Source of the DNA: Octopus vulgaris
Taxonomy: Eukaryota
Length of the DNA stretch: 64,000 nt
NCBI GenBank assembly: GCA_951406725.2
Contig: OX597818.1
Location: forward strand, 116,374,001-116,438,000
Direction: 5' to 3'
Shown here: in pieces, positions 42,575 to 57,029 of the stretch
How positions within the stretch are numbered: the stretch's first letter is position 1
How the letters are laid out: each line of letters begins with the position of its first letter
The notes under the pieces: generated by a model
What the model was told of the DNA's origin: nothing
The model's database searches: none
What the model saw: only the letters and a program-made list of their open reading frames with translations
Translations under genes and position numbers: made by a program

Positions 42575-42812
42575 TTTAATATTCTCTCAAAGAGTCTGAG
42601 GAACTTGCAGAAAGTAGATGTAGGGGTTTTTAACTCAAAGCTGGACCTCTTCATTTCGATAGTCCCAGATGAACCTACCTCACGGCAAGAGGTGCAAATG
42701 GGGGTAGCTATACCAAACTCCATTCTTCACCAAGTGCCACATATTAGAGGAGGCGCTTAGTAATAACAGTATAGCAAAACGGCGGTGCATCAGCACGGCC
42801 GCAGCTCTGAAA
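42575..42812 (+). mobile_element. CR1-group LINE 3' fragment
   Basis: FNILSKSLRNLQKVDVGVFNSKLDLFISIVPDEP...NSILHQ..* (stop at 42760), then tail GGCGGTGCATCAGCACGGCCGCAGCTCTGAAA. Confidence 0.75.
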
Positions 42813-43942
42813 ATTTATACATGCACGCACAAACACACATATATTCTATAAGTTTCTGTACATTTCCTGTTTAGCACTGACAAAGAACTGTCCGGCCCGG
42901 GGCTATAGTGGAAGTAACTACAAAGCTATGTCTGCGCAAATGCACATGCATATTTGGAAACATCCAAATAGCATAATGCACAGCGCTGCTGATTACTTCT
43001 CATTTCTTATTTACCAAAGCGTCTCTTCACAGTTCTGTGTACGAATATCTAATTAGAGTAATGGTATTACTGCATCGGTACATTGATTATGTGCGCAAAA
43101 GAGGGCATATATTTATGTGCTTTAGAGAAGGGCTTTAGTTATGTTTCTATTTATCCAATAATTACTGTTAGTGAATAATTGTCACGTTTCATACGAATAT
43201 TTCTACTCAAGTTAGTTTTGCAGAGAAAGACAAGCAAGCGTATGACCATTTCCTGCATATGGTACGCAGAAAGGGTCATAAGTCTGTGGGCAATGAAACG
43301 CCTGTTGGAGTGTTTGGTTGGTCAACTTAATAATGAGTAATAGAAATTAACCTGAAAGGTAATTAGCAATGTTAAGACATTAGAATTATCTAATAATTCT
43401 GGTTTGACATATATGCCGGTACAGCCAATTGAAACATCAATAATCTTAGAATTCAGCCTTCAAAATCACGGAAATCATTAAACCGAAAGAAAATAACCCG
43501 CTTCCGTTTCCTACAATTCTCAGAACACAACATCACTTCCAATATAACAACTATTTACTTCCACTAATCGCCAACGAATCATATCGCGACAGCTTGAGAT
43601 CAAAACGCATCGATCAAAACATAATTGAATCCCTTAAATCCATATCAGTTATCACGCCATAAAAGTAATTGTCAGCAAGATACTTTCAATGATCGTTATA
43701 TTTGTATTCATTTACATAGTCACGAAAACACTAACAGATATGTATTTGTTTAATAGCGCTACTCGGAGATAGTTATAATACGGAATGTATTACATATCCT
43801 TCCTACGCTAACCAAACACAGCAATAGGAAATACGATCGGCTTCAAAAGAGTAAATTGCTTAACGACTTCCTTTTACTTTTCCTCAACGAAATATAAATA
43901 AAACGTAGTGCGCTCATTAATTAACCGAATGTATGTATGTAC

Positions 43943-43998
<56 letters not shown>

Positions 43999-44217
43999 GA
44001 ATGTATTTATTTATTTATGTTTGTATGTGTGTATGTATGTTTGTGAAGAGTAGACAGACAGCCGACAACTGATGACGGGTCGATCTTTGTGTTACTTGTC
44101 CTGTTTTCCATTTGTTTCTCTCGTTGTTTGCGTATTGAACTTATTTGTTTTCGTATCTCATGTTGTTCACTGTTGGTGACGTCCTGTACCCATATGTCCA
44201 TATATATATATATGCAG

Positions 44218-44718
44218 GTGGTGCTATTAAGTTAGACATGGCCTGGGCCAATAATGGCCGAAACCTATCAAAGTATCAAAGTATCAAAGTATATATATAT
44301 ATATATTATATGCATGAGAGTACATACATAAAAGATACGCAATAAGTATCATTCATGCGTGGGTCGTTCCCAGTGCGGCATGAGGAGCTCCCCGTGCCCG
44401 TGGCACGTAAAAAGCAACATCCGAACGTGGTCGATGCCAGCTTCCCCAACCCAACTGGCTCTTGTGCTAGTAGCACATAAAACCTCCATCCGAATGTAAC
44501 CGATTCCAGTTCCGCCTGACTAGCTTCCGTGCCGGTGGCACGTAAAAAAACACCCACCACACTCCCAGAGTGCTTGGCATAATGAAAGGCGTCCAGCTGT
44601 AGACCAATTCTTTCTCTATTGGCAAGAAACCCTGTGTGTGTGTGTGTATAAACTTACATAAACTTAGATATGTTTCGACCAAAGATTGGTCCAGGCCATG
44701 TCTAACTTAATAGCACCA

Positions 44719-44720
<2 letters not shown>
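44218..44720. mobile_element. Inverted-repeat element between (TA)n tracts, containing SINE/RTE-like internal sequence
   Basis: 30-bp perfect TIR GGTGGTGCTATTAAGTTAGACATGGCCTGG extending imperfectly to ~58 bp; internal duplicated GTGGCACGTAAAAA motif. Confidence 0.65.
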
Positions 44721-44806
<86 letters not shown>

Positions 44807-44849
44807 ATATATATCTATATATATATATATCTTTCTCTCTCTCTCTCTC

Positions 44850-44886
<37 letters not shown>

Positions 44887-46289
44887 TAAATATGTTTAGC
44901 ATGTCTATTGTTATGAAAGAGCTGAAATTCCATTCTGCCGCTGCTAGGATTTTCACGCCTGGAGATGATCTTTGGTGTAAAATATTACTGCCAAATGTAA
45001 TATCAATAACAAAAGATATCCTTGAACTCTAACTGAACGTGTTGGTTGCAATAGAATGCAGAATACTGCATTATTTATCTCGAGAGAATCTCATGCTGCA
45101 TAAAACCACACGAAATTATATTGTCGCTAGATAAGAATCGTCAGCTGCGACCGCTAGAACTGCCAGGTTATGTGATTTCAACCAGCTGTCGGTGTATTTC
45201 AGCTCCTGCTGCCTAACGCAAGGAAGGGCCTCTTTGAAGAATTTGCATTGAATAAGGCCTTTATACAGGTCAAATATGTCCCAGTTTATTTTGTCTCTTT
45301 GTCCTCTCTCCCGGCGCGATATGAGCATTTAAGGTGGCTTCAGGGTTAGGGTTTTAACTGCTATTTCAGCATGGTGGTATCCCTCAGATACCCTAATATA
45401 TAGCTTTAAATAATTATTACCTTTGTATGATCAACATGTTTCTTTAGGATAGTATAAATAGAAGTGTTATGGATGCAGGATATCAGCATACAAACGTTTG
45501 GCCGGCAATAACTTTAAGGGTTTGATAAAACGTGTTCCTGTAACAAGCATTTTATGCTTTAAGATGATCAACACAATCATTACTGTTACCCCAACAAACG
45601 GACGAGTTTATATCTGAAAGGAACCAAATACTTGTAAAAGGATGTATTAAAACATTATTGAAATTTTGTAAGACGATGAATCAGATGTGTACTGGGCAGT
45701 ACGCACGTCATGATGGGTGATCTGGCGGAAAAATTAGTACGCCAGAAAAAATGCTTAGCGGCATTTCGTCCGTCTTTAAGTATTGAATTCAAATTTCACC
45801 AAGGTGGATTTTGCCTTTCATCCTTTCGGCTTCGATCAAATAACTATATGTTGACCACTGGGGTCAACTTAATCGACTTACCACTCACACAGAATAGCTG
45901 GCCTCAGCCTCAAACTGATACATAAGGCGCAGGAGTGGCTGTGTGGTATGGTAAGAAGGTTCCTTACAAACCACATGGTTCCGGGTTCAGTCTCACTGCG
46001 TGAGACCTTGGGTAAGTGTGTACTACTATAGCCTCGCTCCGACCAAAGCTCTGTGAGTGGATTAGGTAGAGAGAAACTGAAAGAAGCCCGTCGTGTATAT
46101 ATATATGTACATATATATATATATATATATATAGATATATAGATATGTATGTGTGTGTGTGTGTGAGTGTGTGGTAAGTAGCTTGCTTACCAATCACATG
46201 ATTCCGGGTTCAGACAAACTGCGTGGCACCTTGGGCAGACCAAACCTTGTGAGTGGATTTGGTAGACGGAAACTGAAAGAAGACCGTCG

Positions 46290-46320
<31 letters not shown>

Positions 46321-46669
46321 GTGTGTTTGTGTGTCTGTGTTTGTCCCCCGAACATCGCTTGACAACCGATGCTGGTGTGTTTACGTCCCTGTAACCTAGC
46401 GGCTCGGCAAAATTGTCCGATAGAATAAGTAGTAGGCCTGCAAAGAATAAGTCCTGGGGTCGATTTGCTCAACTAAAGGCGGTGATCCAGCATGACCGCT
46501 ACCAAATGACTGAAACAAATAAAATGATAAAAGAATATGAGAAACATAGCCAATGTTGTTTTAGATAACCTCAAGTCTGTATACATACAAGCAGAGAAAA
46601 ATAATTGCAGAAAGAGATATATAAGTATTAATAATATTTAGAATAAAAATTATGGTTATGACGATAACG

Positions 46670-46731
46670 ACGACGATAATAATAATTAGGATCCGCTGCT
46701 GCTGAAGGACATGAAGTTAGTAGTAGTAGTA

Positions 46732-46783
<52 letters not shown>

Positions 46784-46808
46784 CAATAATAATAATATTA
46801 ATAATAAT

Positions 46809-46839
<31 letters not shown>

Positions 46840-47030
46840 TTAATAATGACAATAATAATAATATTAATAATAATATTATTAATAATAATAATAATAATAA
46901 TAACAATTATAATAATCATAATAAGAACAACAACAACAATAATAATAACAACAATAATAATAATAATAATAATAATGATGATAATAATAAGAAGAAGGAG
47001 AAGAACAACAACAACAACAATAATAATAAT

Positions 47031-47122
<92 letters not shown>
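46670..47122. repeat. Long (AAT)n-based compound microsatellite
   Basis: Directly visible. Confidence 0.95.
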
Positions 47123-47543
47123 TAGTCTTGTACAACAATTCCCTATAACAATGTGTAATGTAAAATTTGACGTTTAGCTATTGATATTGTGCACGAAATC
47201 ACTGGTAACTATTTAATTAGAGAATATTGAAATAGGTTCATTCTTTTGTGATATTAATTAAATTTATGCCATCTCTAATAAGCCAGTAGCTTTGATTCTC
47301 AATGAAACTTAACATGAAAATAATGCGGACGAAGATTAATATGAATACATATGTACACAAACAAACACACACGCACACACACACACACACAACACACACA
47401 CACGCGCAGGTGTTAGATATACATATATGTATATATACACACGCACATATGCGTGTGTGTGTATCTATATGTGAATCAATACCTGTCTATCCTTCTCTAT
47501 GTATATGTATGCATGTATGCATGTATGCATCTATGTATATAAG

Positions 47544-47575
<32 letters not shown>

Positions 47576-49541
47576 TGTATACATGTATATATATATATAA
47601 ACATATATATATGCATGTATACATATATCAACACACACACATACTCACATATGTATATATATGCATATATTTTTGTATATATATATATATATTTGTGTGT
47701 ATATATATATATATATATTTGTATTTATATATATGTATAAATATATATATATATATATGTTTATATATACATATATATATACATATATATATATATACAT
47801 ACATATATGGTTTAACCTCGAAATAAATTGGATCACTGGAGTTTATTATTTTCATAACGCCTCACAATGACAATGTATTCTTATTAAAGATTCATTTACC
47901 TAAATATTTTATAAAAATCATAAATAAACAAAACAGACTATTTTAAAATTAGTAATTCATGCTTCGCTATAAGCGTTTTCTAGAAACCGTCATAATTTTC
48001 TTCGAGGTAGACCCATGATGCTAATTTATATTATATCACCTCTTTGAGAAAACGGAGAAAAGTTAGCTGTAATTGATTAAACATTTTTCATGTCTCATGT
48101 TCACTATTAATATCAATGTCAAAATGCAAGGATGAAGCAGTCGATTTTTGTTGTGTACCTGGCAGCGTGTCTAAGTTTAGTGCTAGTTGTGTGATAGTAT
48201 AATAATTGATTTAACTTGAAGAAGATAATAAAAGGTGTTTGTTAAAGATGGGTATAGGAATAATTTGTATTTACTTATACGTGTGGGAAAAATATAACAC
48301 ATATATAAATGCTACCGGATTGCAATTTTGTCTTTATTTGGCACAATCTGGACACATTCAAACGTCAGTTTGACCTGGTGTATATAGGCTGATGACCGAA
48401 TATTATTGAATAATATTCTACACCATCTTAGCTACCAAAAATACAAACACCCTCTGATTTTTAAGAAGGAAGGATACACTACAAAATTATAAGGTCATTA
48501 ATACTTTCGCAAAATTGCTAGGTTTACGTAGGAAATATCTTAGATCAGGGATTCAGCTAAAAACGTACAAGAGTAATGTCTCTTGCGGGGAGGCAGCTGC
48601 TCTCAAGGTGTGCAACGAGTGGTTTCAGTAACTTCGAAAGAATTCGTGGCTTCCCAAAACTGACCACTCAAATGTGTCCTATTAATGTGTTTGATTATTT
48701 ACATTGTGGCGAAGAAGATTGTTCGTCTTTTATGTCACAGTGAACTTCTTAACGTACGAATAGTTAGTAGTAATTCGATGCCTGTATTTGGTGATACAAA
48801 TTAGAGTACCAAATCACAACCTATTATTATCGATGTAACTTTTAAATATATTCTCCATAACACACAGATCGCCTTTCGTACTCACGCATATCTACAGAAC
48901 AGGCAACAAGCAACAAAGAAAATTACTTGGCTGCGGCATGATGCATCCTGATGGCGTTCCTAGTAGAAGCATAAGCAAACCGTCTGAAATCTAATTCTAT
49001 AGCCATTAATTATAAGAATTCCAGGCCTTTGTCCACATCCTTGATTGTTTCAGACCTCATGTGGGTGGTTCGTTATGCTTTTTTGTTAGCGCTTTTCTCC
49101 TGGTTATGTCACAAACTTTGGTATAGTTTTCACGTTCTTAATTGCACTTTCGACCATTACTTTATCATGATGCAACGAATTCATTGTTACTTTGTTTGCA
49201 AAAGTATATTTTACATTGAAACGAAGAAACAGATAAAAGGAAGGACATTTCACTTCGTTTTACATTGTACCGACGTGCATGTTTATAGCTTACAGCCGTT
49301 TTGTTCACGAATATCTACACCGAATGTTAGAGACGGACGTAAGTTGGCACACGAGAGATATTTCTACAGTAGTAAATTCTATTCACAGTGATATGACATT
49401 CGAATGCTTTAAAGAGGTCAGAAAGATTTCCAGGAACCATCATGAAAATTCAGGTAACTGATTATATCTGAAAGACTCTGGATACAGTATGTGCTGTATC
49501 ATTCTATCAATCATTCAGTAGTTGTTCAATATACGTGTATA

Positions 49542-49574
<33 letters not shown>

Positions 49575-49575
<1 letters not shown>

Positions 49576-49774
49576 GTTAATCCAAACAAGAAAGCACAAA
49601 AAATAAAAAACAACGCGAGGACGTGGAACAAATATAGTATTATTGCACGCTCAGGAAAGAAGGAGGGTTTAACGTTTCGAGCGGAGCTCTTCGTCGGAAA
49701 CATAGGAGAAGGAAAGATCCAGAGAAGGGAAGACAGAGGAAAAAAATTGCCAACGGTACACACGAGGTCACATT

Positions 49775-49778
<4 letters not shown>
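49575..49778 (-). mobile_element. Hammerhead repeat family A copy
   Basis: Minus strand GTTT CCGACGA AGAGCTCCGCTC GAAACGTT AAAC at 49667-49701; (TA)n on both sides. Confidence 0.65.
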
Positions 49779-49809
<31 letters not shown>

Positions 49810-51054
49810 ACTCTTTTACTTGTTTCAGTCGCTTGACTGTGGCCATGCTGGAGCATCGCCTTTAGCCGAGCAAATCAACCCCAGTACTTATTCTATCGGT
49901 CTCTTTTGCCGAACCGCTAAGTTACGTGGTCGCAAACACACCACCATCGGTTGTCAAGCGATGTTGGGGGACAAACACAGACACACAAACACACACATAC
50001 ACATATATATATATACATATATACGACGGGCTTCTGTTCAGTGTCCGTCTACCAAATCCACTCATAAAGCTTTGGTCGGCCCGAGGCTATAGTAGAAGGC
50101 AGTTGCCCAAGGTGCCACGCAGTGGGACTGAACCCGGAATCATGTGGTTGGTAAGGAAGCTTCTTACCACACAGCCACTGCTTATGGAAGAAATATTATG
50201 ATGAAATATACATTATGACATTACAGAAAGTGCATGTTATATAAAATTAATTTAAATTAATTGCGAAATAAACTCATTTAAGAAATAACTGAGAACATTC
50301 TTTCATTTTAACACAGTTTCTTAGAGAAACAATCTTATGTTTTTTTGCTCTTTAAGAACTAAAAAACAACAAATGGATATAAGTAATAAGGATTTAACAA
50401 CGGTTACTTAATTGATAACTTTTGTAATCGATCTTGTAAGGTATTGAATAAAGGAATTATTACAGTTAAGGTGGAATACTTGGTAGTAGGTTTTATTAGT
50501 TAATCTATTGATGATAATTATTTGAGTGCAATAAGTAATTGCAAGAAGGCATATGCTCTTTTGTATCAGTTTTTGGCGTACAAATATAAGCATTAGTAAT
50601 AGACTAGATTGTACTATAGGTGATAGGTTGTTAAGTTATGATAAGCTTTTGTCGAACATTAGCTTGGGAAGCCTCAGAACAATTTACCTTGGTACGAATT
50701 CTGCCAGCACAGGGTTGGATATAGTTATATGTGGATTGAAATGTAAATGAGGATTTAAGAAGATAACGAAGAAGTGTTGCAGCTGTTCAGACCATGTTTC
50801 CATTTGAGGGAGGCCTTCCTCCTTCTTCACGCATGTCTTGGAGGTAATTTGAAGTGCCATGTGTACTCTCCTGAATAAACGAGAGAAATCATCGAATTTT
50901 CTATTAAACACAACTGTTTTGAATTTACATACGCTCAAATCAAAACTTTGTGATGACCATAGAAAACAATCGTGTTTATATCTATACATTAACTAAAATA
51001 CGAATTGAAATTCTATAAATCGTAGCACATGGTTAGTTATTTTTGAGGGATATA

Positions 51055-51330
51055 GGAAATTTCACACTAAACATTTTTGCCGTAGGAAAATCCGTCGTAA
51101 AAAAAAAAATCAATAGAGAAGAACCTAAAAAAAAAAAAAAAAGAAAAAGTGAGAAAGAAATGGGCATTTTTTTAAAGTGGCAGCTTCATCAACTAATCTA
51201 CCAATTACAGAAAGCTAGTTTCTTGAAAATGAGTTTTCTAATTTACAATTTGCTTCCGGGTCTCATTTATGGAAAAAATTTCCTGCAGCCAATTTTTCCA
51301 CAGCAAAAATGTTTACAGAGAATCTTCCGG
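51055..51330. repeat. Degenerate inverted-repeat (MITE-like) element
   Basis: TAAACATTTTTGCCGTAGGAAAAT versus reverse complement TAAACATTTTTGCTGTGGAAAAAT. Confidence 0.45.
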
Positions 51331-52485
51331 ACCAGATTTTTACAAGACTAAATAATGTTAATCAACACAAACACTAAGAATCTATTATTCTTCCATATAG
51401 ACCTAATTTCTATACATTTCAAATTCTTCTTTAGTCAACATACCCCGACCGTTAGTAACCCACGCGCAACTTCCTTTTCGAGATTAGTTAGGAATCTGAA
51501 GAAGGCAAACAAAATCTGTAGATTTCTTTAAGAGTTTAAACATATACCGGAGACGGAAGATCATATCATGTATGCACTATCGAGATTCAGTTTATTTGCA
51601 ATCGTTTCAGTGTTATATAAAGGCAACCAGCAGAAGCAATTTTAGTCGAATGTATCGCAGCACTTGTTTTTAAAAACCTGGTACGTATTCTATTAAGGTC
51701 TTTTGCCGAACCGCTAGATTTGGTACACGAATGGAAACACATAAACACTAGTTGTCTAGCTGTGGTGAGGGACAAACACTCACGCAAAGACACGCGCATA
51801 CTCACTCAGACACAAACACACTCGCACACACACGCACACACACTCATGCATACAGAGACTCAGACACACACAGAGACTCAGACCTACACACACACACGCC
51901 GACACACATACACACTCACACACACACACACACACACTCAGACATACATACCTTCAGAGAGAAACACACTCAGATGCACTCACATTCGCACACCCACCCA
52001 CTCAGACACACAGACAGACACGCATACACACACGCAGACACACACACACACTCAGACATACACATGCATATACACTCAGACATAGACACACACAGAAACA
52101 CACACAAATTTATATAACTATGTGTGTATGTTTCAGTTTTCGTCTATCAGACGCACAATTTGTCGGCCTCGAGGCTACAGTAGAAGTCACTTGCCCATGA
52201 TGCTACGCAATGGGACTGAACCCGGAACTATATGGTTGGTAAGCAAGCATCTTACCACCCGGCCACTCTTAAGCCCATATATTTACTTCCTAGACTTATT
52301 TGATTTCATTTATGAAATACAGGAAAAACATTATATTTTTACATTACGGCGTATCATCAGTAATTATAAAAATTTTCTTATTACAATTTAAGAGAATATT
52401 TCAGTTTTACGATAATAATTTTATCTCTTCCTTTTTGCCAACTTAATATTTTCAGACTTTAGATAGTAAATATCATCATCAAGCA

Positions 52486-52840
52486 TCTTCTTCTTCTTCT
52501 TCTTCTTCTTCTTCTTCTTCTTCTTCTTCTTCTTCTTCTTCTTCTTCTTCTTCTTCTTCTTCTTCTTCTTCTTCTTCTTCTTCTTCTTCTTCTTCTTCTT
52601 CTTCTTCTCGTCTTCCTTTTCTTCTTCTTCGTCTTCTTCTTCTTCTTCTTCTTCTTCTTCTTCTTCTTCCTTCTCTTCTTCTTCCTTCTCTTCTTCTTCT
52701 TCGTCTTCTTCTTCTTCTTCTTCTTCTTCAATTAATCATAATAATCACCATCATCATCATCATCATCATCATCGCCATCATCATCATCATCATCATTATC
52801 ATCATCATTATCATCTTCCTTCTTCTTCATAATAATCGTC

Positions 52841-52872
<32 letters not shown>

Positions 52873-53077
52873 CATTATCATCATCATTATCATCTTCCTT
52901 CTTCTTCATAATAATCATCATCATCAGCATCATCATCGTCGTCGTCTTTTTCGTTTTCTTCTTCTTCTTCTTCTTCTTCTTCTTCTTCTTCTTCTTCTTC
53001 ATCATCATCACCACCACCACAATCATCATCATCATCAGCAGCAGCAACAGTATCATCATGATCATCAAGTTTTTCAC

Positions 53078-53137
<60 letters not shown>

Positions 53138-53152
53138 TTACTACTACTACTA
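52486..53152. repeat. Compound trinucleotide microsatellite (CTT)n/(CAT)n/(CTA)n
   Basis: Directly visible; includes an internal duplication of the CAT/CTT boundary. Confidence 0.95.
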
Positions 53153-53269
53153 ATGCAAACCTCTACCAACTTCTGTTCTTTCTTTTCTTCACTTCTTTAC
53201 GCCTATCATACTAATCCGTTTGTACAAAGAAGGAATGAGAGGGAGAGAGACGAAAAGAGGAGAAGGGGA

Positions 53270-53308
<39 letters not shown>

Positions 53309-53726
53309 ATTAGAGAGAAAGAGGGAAAGGGGAACATTGTAAGGAATCAATAGTTTCTTTTTCCGTGTAGACATTTTATTGCCCCCTCCTTGCTTCTTTT
53401 TAATGACATGTTAATCAAGTTCCTATTTATAAACTCTTTACTCGATATCTGTACATAAAGATAGCATTCCTTGGACGATATCATAAGATCGAAACATGGC
53501 CGATTTTAACGAAATCATGTTATACGGCAGAAATAACTAGTAATTTCCATATTGAGTGCTTTAACTGATAAAAGGTATTGGGAGAGGAAATATGCACATG
53601 CACACTTACACACTCACACAAAAACACACACACACAGGCACACATAGGCATACACACATGTATATTTATATACATATATGTGTGTGTGTATATGGAAAAC
53701 GGACGTTAAACAATGATGATGATGAT

Positions 53727-53927
53727 GAATGTGACCGCGTGTGTATCGTTGGCGATTTTTTCCTCCATCTTCCTTTCCTTGGATCTTTCCTTTTCCTATG
53801 TTTCTGACGAAGAGCTCCGCTCGAAACGTTAGATCCTCCTTCTTCCTTCCCGAGCGTCCAATAACGCTATACTTGCTCCACGTCCTCACGTTGTTGTGTT
53901 TTCTCTTTGTGTTTTCATGCTTGAATA

Positions 53928-53930
<3 letters not shown>
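53727..53930 (+). mobile_element. Short hammerhead-bearing repeat family A (Penelope-like terminal repeat), best-conserved core
   Basis: GTTT CTGACGA A GAGC tcc GCTC GAAACGTT AGAT at 53800-53834. 3' end abuts (TA)n. Homologous to 4946-5083, 22855-23057 and 49575-49778. Confidence 0.7.
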
Positions 53931-54003
<73 letters not shown>

Positions 54004-54755
54004 TCGAAGGTTTGGAGATAGTGTACAGGTATTATATATTAGAAGAAATGAGGTACTCAGAAATCTGGATGGTTTTATATTTACACATTTTTATGAATAT
54101 GTCACATGTTTTTATAAATCATATATGTTAGCGCTTGCATCTACTCTAGTAGACTCTCCAGATTATCTGGTTGACCACCTCCTGTACCTAAACCTCAGAA
54201 CCATCATGGCATTTGATGTAGCTTTTTAATCAAGACAATGTTGAAAAGACACCTATATAGATTACATATCCGATTTGGACCACCAACAGCTGCAGATAAG
54301 TTCTGAACTTTGTAGATCTTAAAATGTCATATGGTTATATTTACGTGAATAGAAGCATCGATGCTCATATTAGTTCCCCTATCACGCATCGTACTTGGTC
54401 CTGGGATGGTCGATTCTTTTGGTCCAAAATATCGTTGTTGCTGCATGTGAGCACCAGGCAGCTGACTGCGGGGCGAGGAGGGGGTGGGGTGGGGTTTTGT
54501 TTGCGATTTGCCTACATTAAATTGCATGTTGTTTTCTTCAGCCCATCTCTATATAACATCGATACCTTTCTGTAAAAGATTACCATCAGAAAGTTCCTTG
54601 GCTGTTTATACTACTTGTGTGTGGTGTGGTGCGCGTGTGTATGTGTGTGTGTGTGTGTGTGCGTGCGCGTGTGTGGTGTGTGTCAGTGTGTGTGTGTGTG
54701 TGTGTGTGCGTGTGTGGTGTGTGTCAGTGTGTGTGTGCGCGTGTGTGGTGTGTGT

Positions 54756-54826
<71 letters not shown>

Positions 54827-56479
54827 CGAAATGTATAGAGTATTGCTGAGATATTGTATTTGCTTTCTAATGCATACAAACTGTTATGCTCCTGGTCTTA
54901 ACAGGCCCTCCATTTACCTAATACTGAATAGTTTTATTAAAGAAACGCATTACCAGAAAATTCAAAATATATATTCGATTTAATTTAATTATACAAATCA
55001 TTAACAAAAGAATTTCACAACTCTGACAATGAGAAAATATCTACAAATGTCCTCCAGTCCGAGTTCAAAACAGTTTATTATAAAACGTCCTAATTCATTG
55101 ATGTAAGTTTAGTAGATACTCCTACATAATATCACGGTTGTTAACCTCCTCTGTAATTGTTTTTCTCATAATTCACTGCAAAGTTTCTACTATTTGTACT
55201 GTTCTCCAACGTATATTGCTCCATTTTCACCATATATGTATATCTCTAAATACTTTTCGAATTCTTAGTATTATTAAACAACCCTTGAGGTGAAAGACGC
55301 TAACTGTAAGAAATTTTCTGCATATATACGTATACAAACATAACATACATGCGTACATATATTCACACATCCACATACATATGTCTGTGTATATGTGTGC
55401 ATGTTCATATGTGTGAATATACTAATACGTAGAAGTTTTAAAATATACATATATATATATGTGTGTGTATGTGTGTGTGTGTGTGTGTAATATATAAAAT
55501 TGAATAAGATGGAGTCAACCGGAAGAAGTACACACATACACATACATACCTATACATACATATATACATACACACATATATATATATACATACCCACATA
55601 TATCTGTGTATGTGAGTGCATATACATATATATATATGTATGTATGTATGTATATATACATATATGTATGTATGTACATACGCGTTCGAGTTGAACGAAC
55701 CATAATTTTACGTCTATTAACGACCGCATGTACCCTCTAGCAATTGTCCATTTACTTAATATTTGGAGACCAGTGTTTTCGAGGTGGGGCCTTTGCTTTT
55801 GTGTTCACTATAATGCTACATTTTTAATAAAGATATTTCTCTTTAATAACTAATTGCTTTGAGCTAAATTCCACAAAAGTGATTTGGGGTGACGTTTAAT
55901 TACGGTTACAACATGTAAGCCATAAAGTTACTTTCTACCCCACCTTTAAAAAAATGTAAACTTGACGTCTTCCTCTATACAGGTCAGATCTGCTCTAATC
56001 TGTTCCAGAATTTAATGGTCTTCATATAATGTTCATTTGATACTGTAACACTTTCATTTGAGGTTTTTCTCATTGCAGAAATACTGGACCTTTGGCTTCA
56101 CAGAAGAGACTGAGATCCTATCTTAAGATGCACAGCGTTTTACAGTTTTGTATTTAAATATTTCTTTACACTTCATTGTAGAGACAAATGAATGTAACGT
56201 ACGATTATTTTACTCCAATTATTGCGGAAATCGATAGAGACATTCATGGATATTCGCTTAGCACTGTTACGATGATAGCTTTGATAATGTCCCAGATATC
56301 ATGATGTACACAGACAACACATAATGCCGGTGGAGAGCTTCTTCAAATGCGGTGCACACATGCAAGATTGCCTCTCCCGTGTGGGCCTATTCAGCCGCAA
56401 TAGACACTGCACCACCGTCAGCATCTGACACAAATTGTCTAATCCCAAATCTACGGTATCTCAAGACCGATAGATTGCC

Positions 56480-56480
<1 letters not shown>

Positions 56481-56559
<79 letters not shown>

Positions 56560-56627
56560 GTCCGTCCGTCCGTCCGTCTGTCCGTCTGTAAGTCTATTTT
56601 TCTGTCTGTCTGTCCATCCGTCCGTCC

Positions 56628-56664
<37 letters not shown>

Positions 56665-56674
56665 CCTACCTATC

Positions 56675-56768
<94 letters not shown>
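56481..56768. repeat. Tetranucleotide microsatellite (TCTA)n/(TCCG)n/(TCTG)n
   Basis: Directly visible. Confidence 0.95.
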
Positions 56769-56777
56769 AATAATACA

Positions 56778-56976
56778 TATGGGCATAGTAAAGTCTCCTG
56801 ACTTTAAGGGTCTCACGAAAGGCCTGGTTCGATTTCCCTTACAGGGCTTAGAAAAACTGAAGGAACACTGCAATAAGTGTGTGAATCTGTGAGGGAAATA
56901 CAAGGGATAAAATCATAATTAATGGAAATTCCTGTATTTTATTTTAAACCCAAGTCAGGAGCCTTTCAATACACTC

Positions 56977-56979
<3 letters not shown>
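56778..56979 (+). mobile_element. Mariner-derived non-autonomous element
   Basis: Encodes [19 protein letters not shown] (mariner transposase C-terminus pattern); imperfect TIRs sharing CTCCTGACTT; right end CG|TA. Confidence 0.65.

Positions 56980-57029
<50 letters not shown>

Noticed and set aside
45116-45328. 70-aa ORF faintly like a Penelope RT N-terminal segment (WLKSHNLAVL..AD)
   Set aside because: The diagnostic DKG motif is absent; similarity too weak to call.
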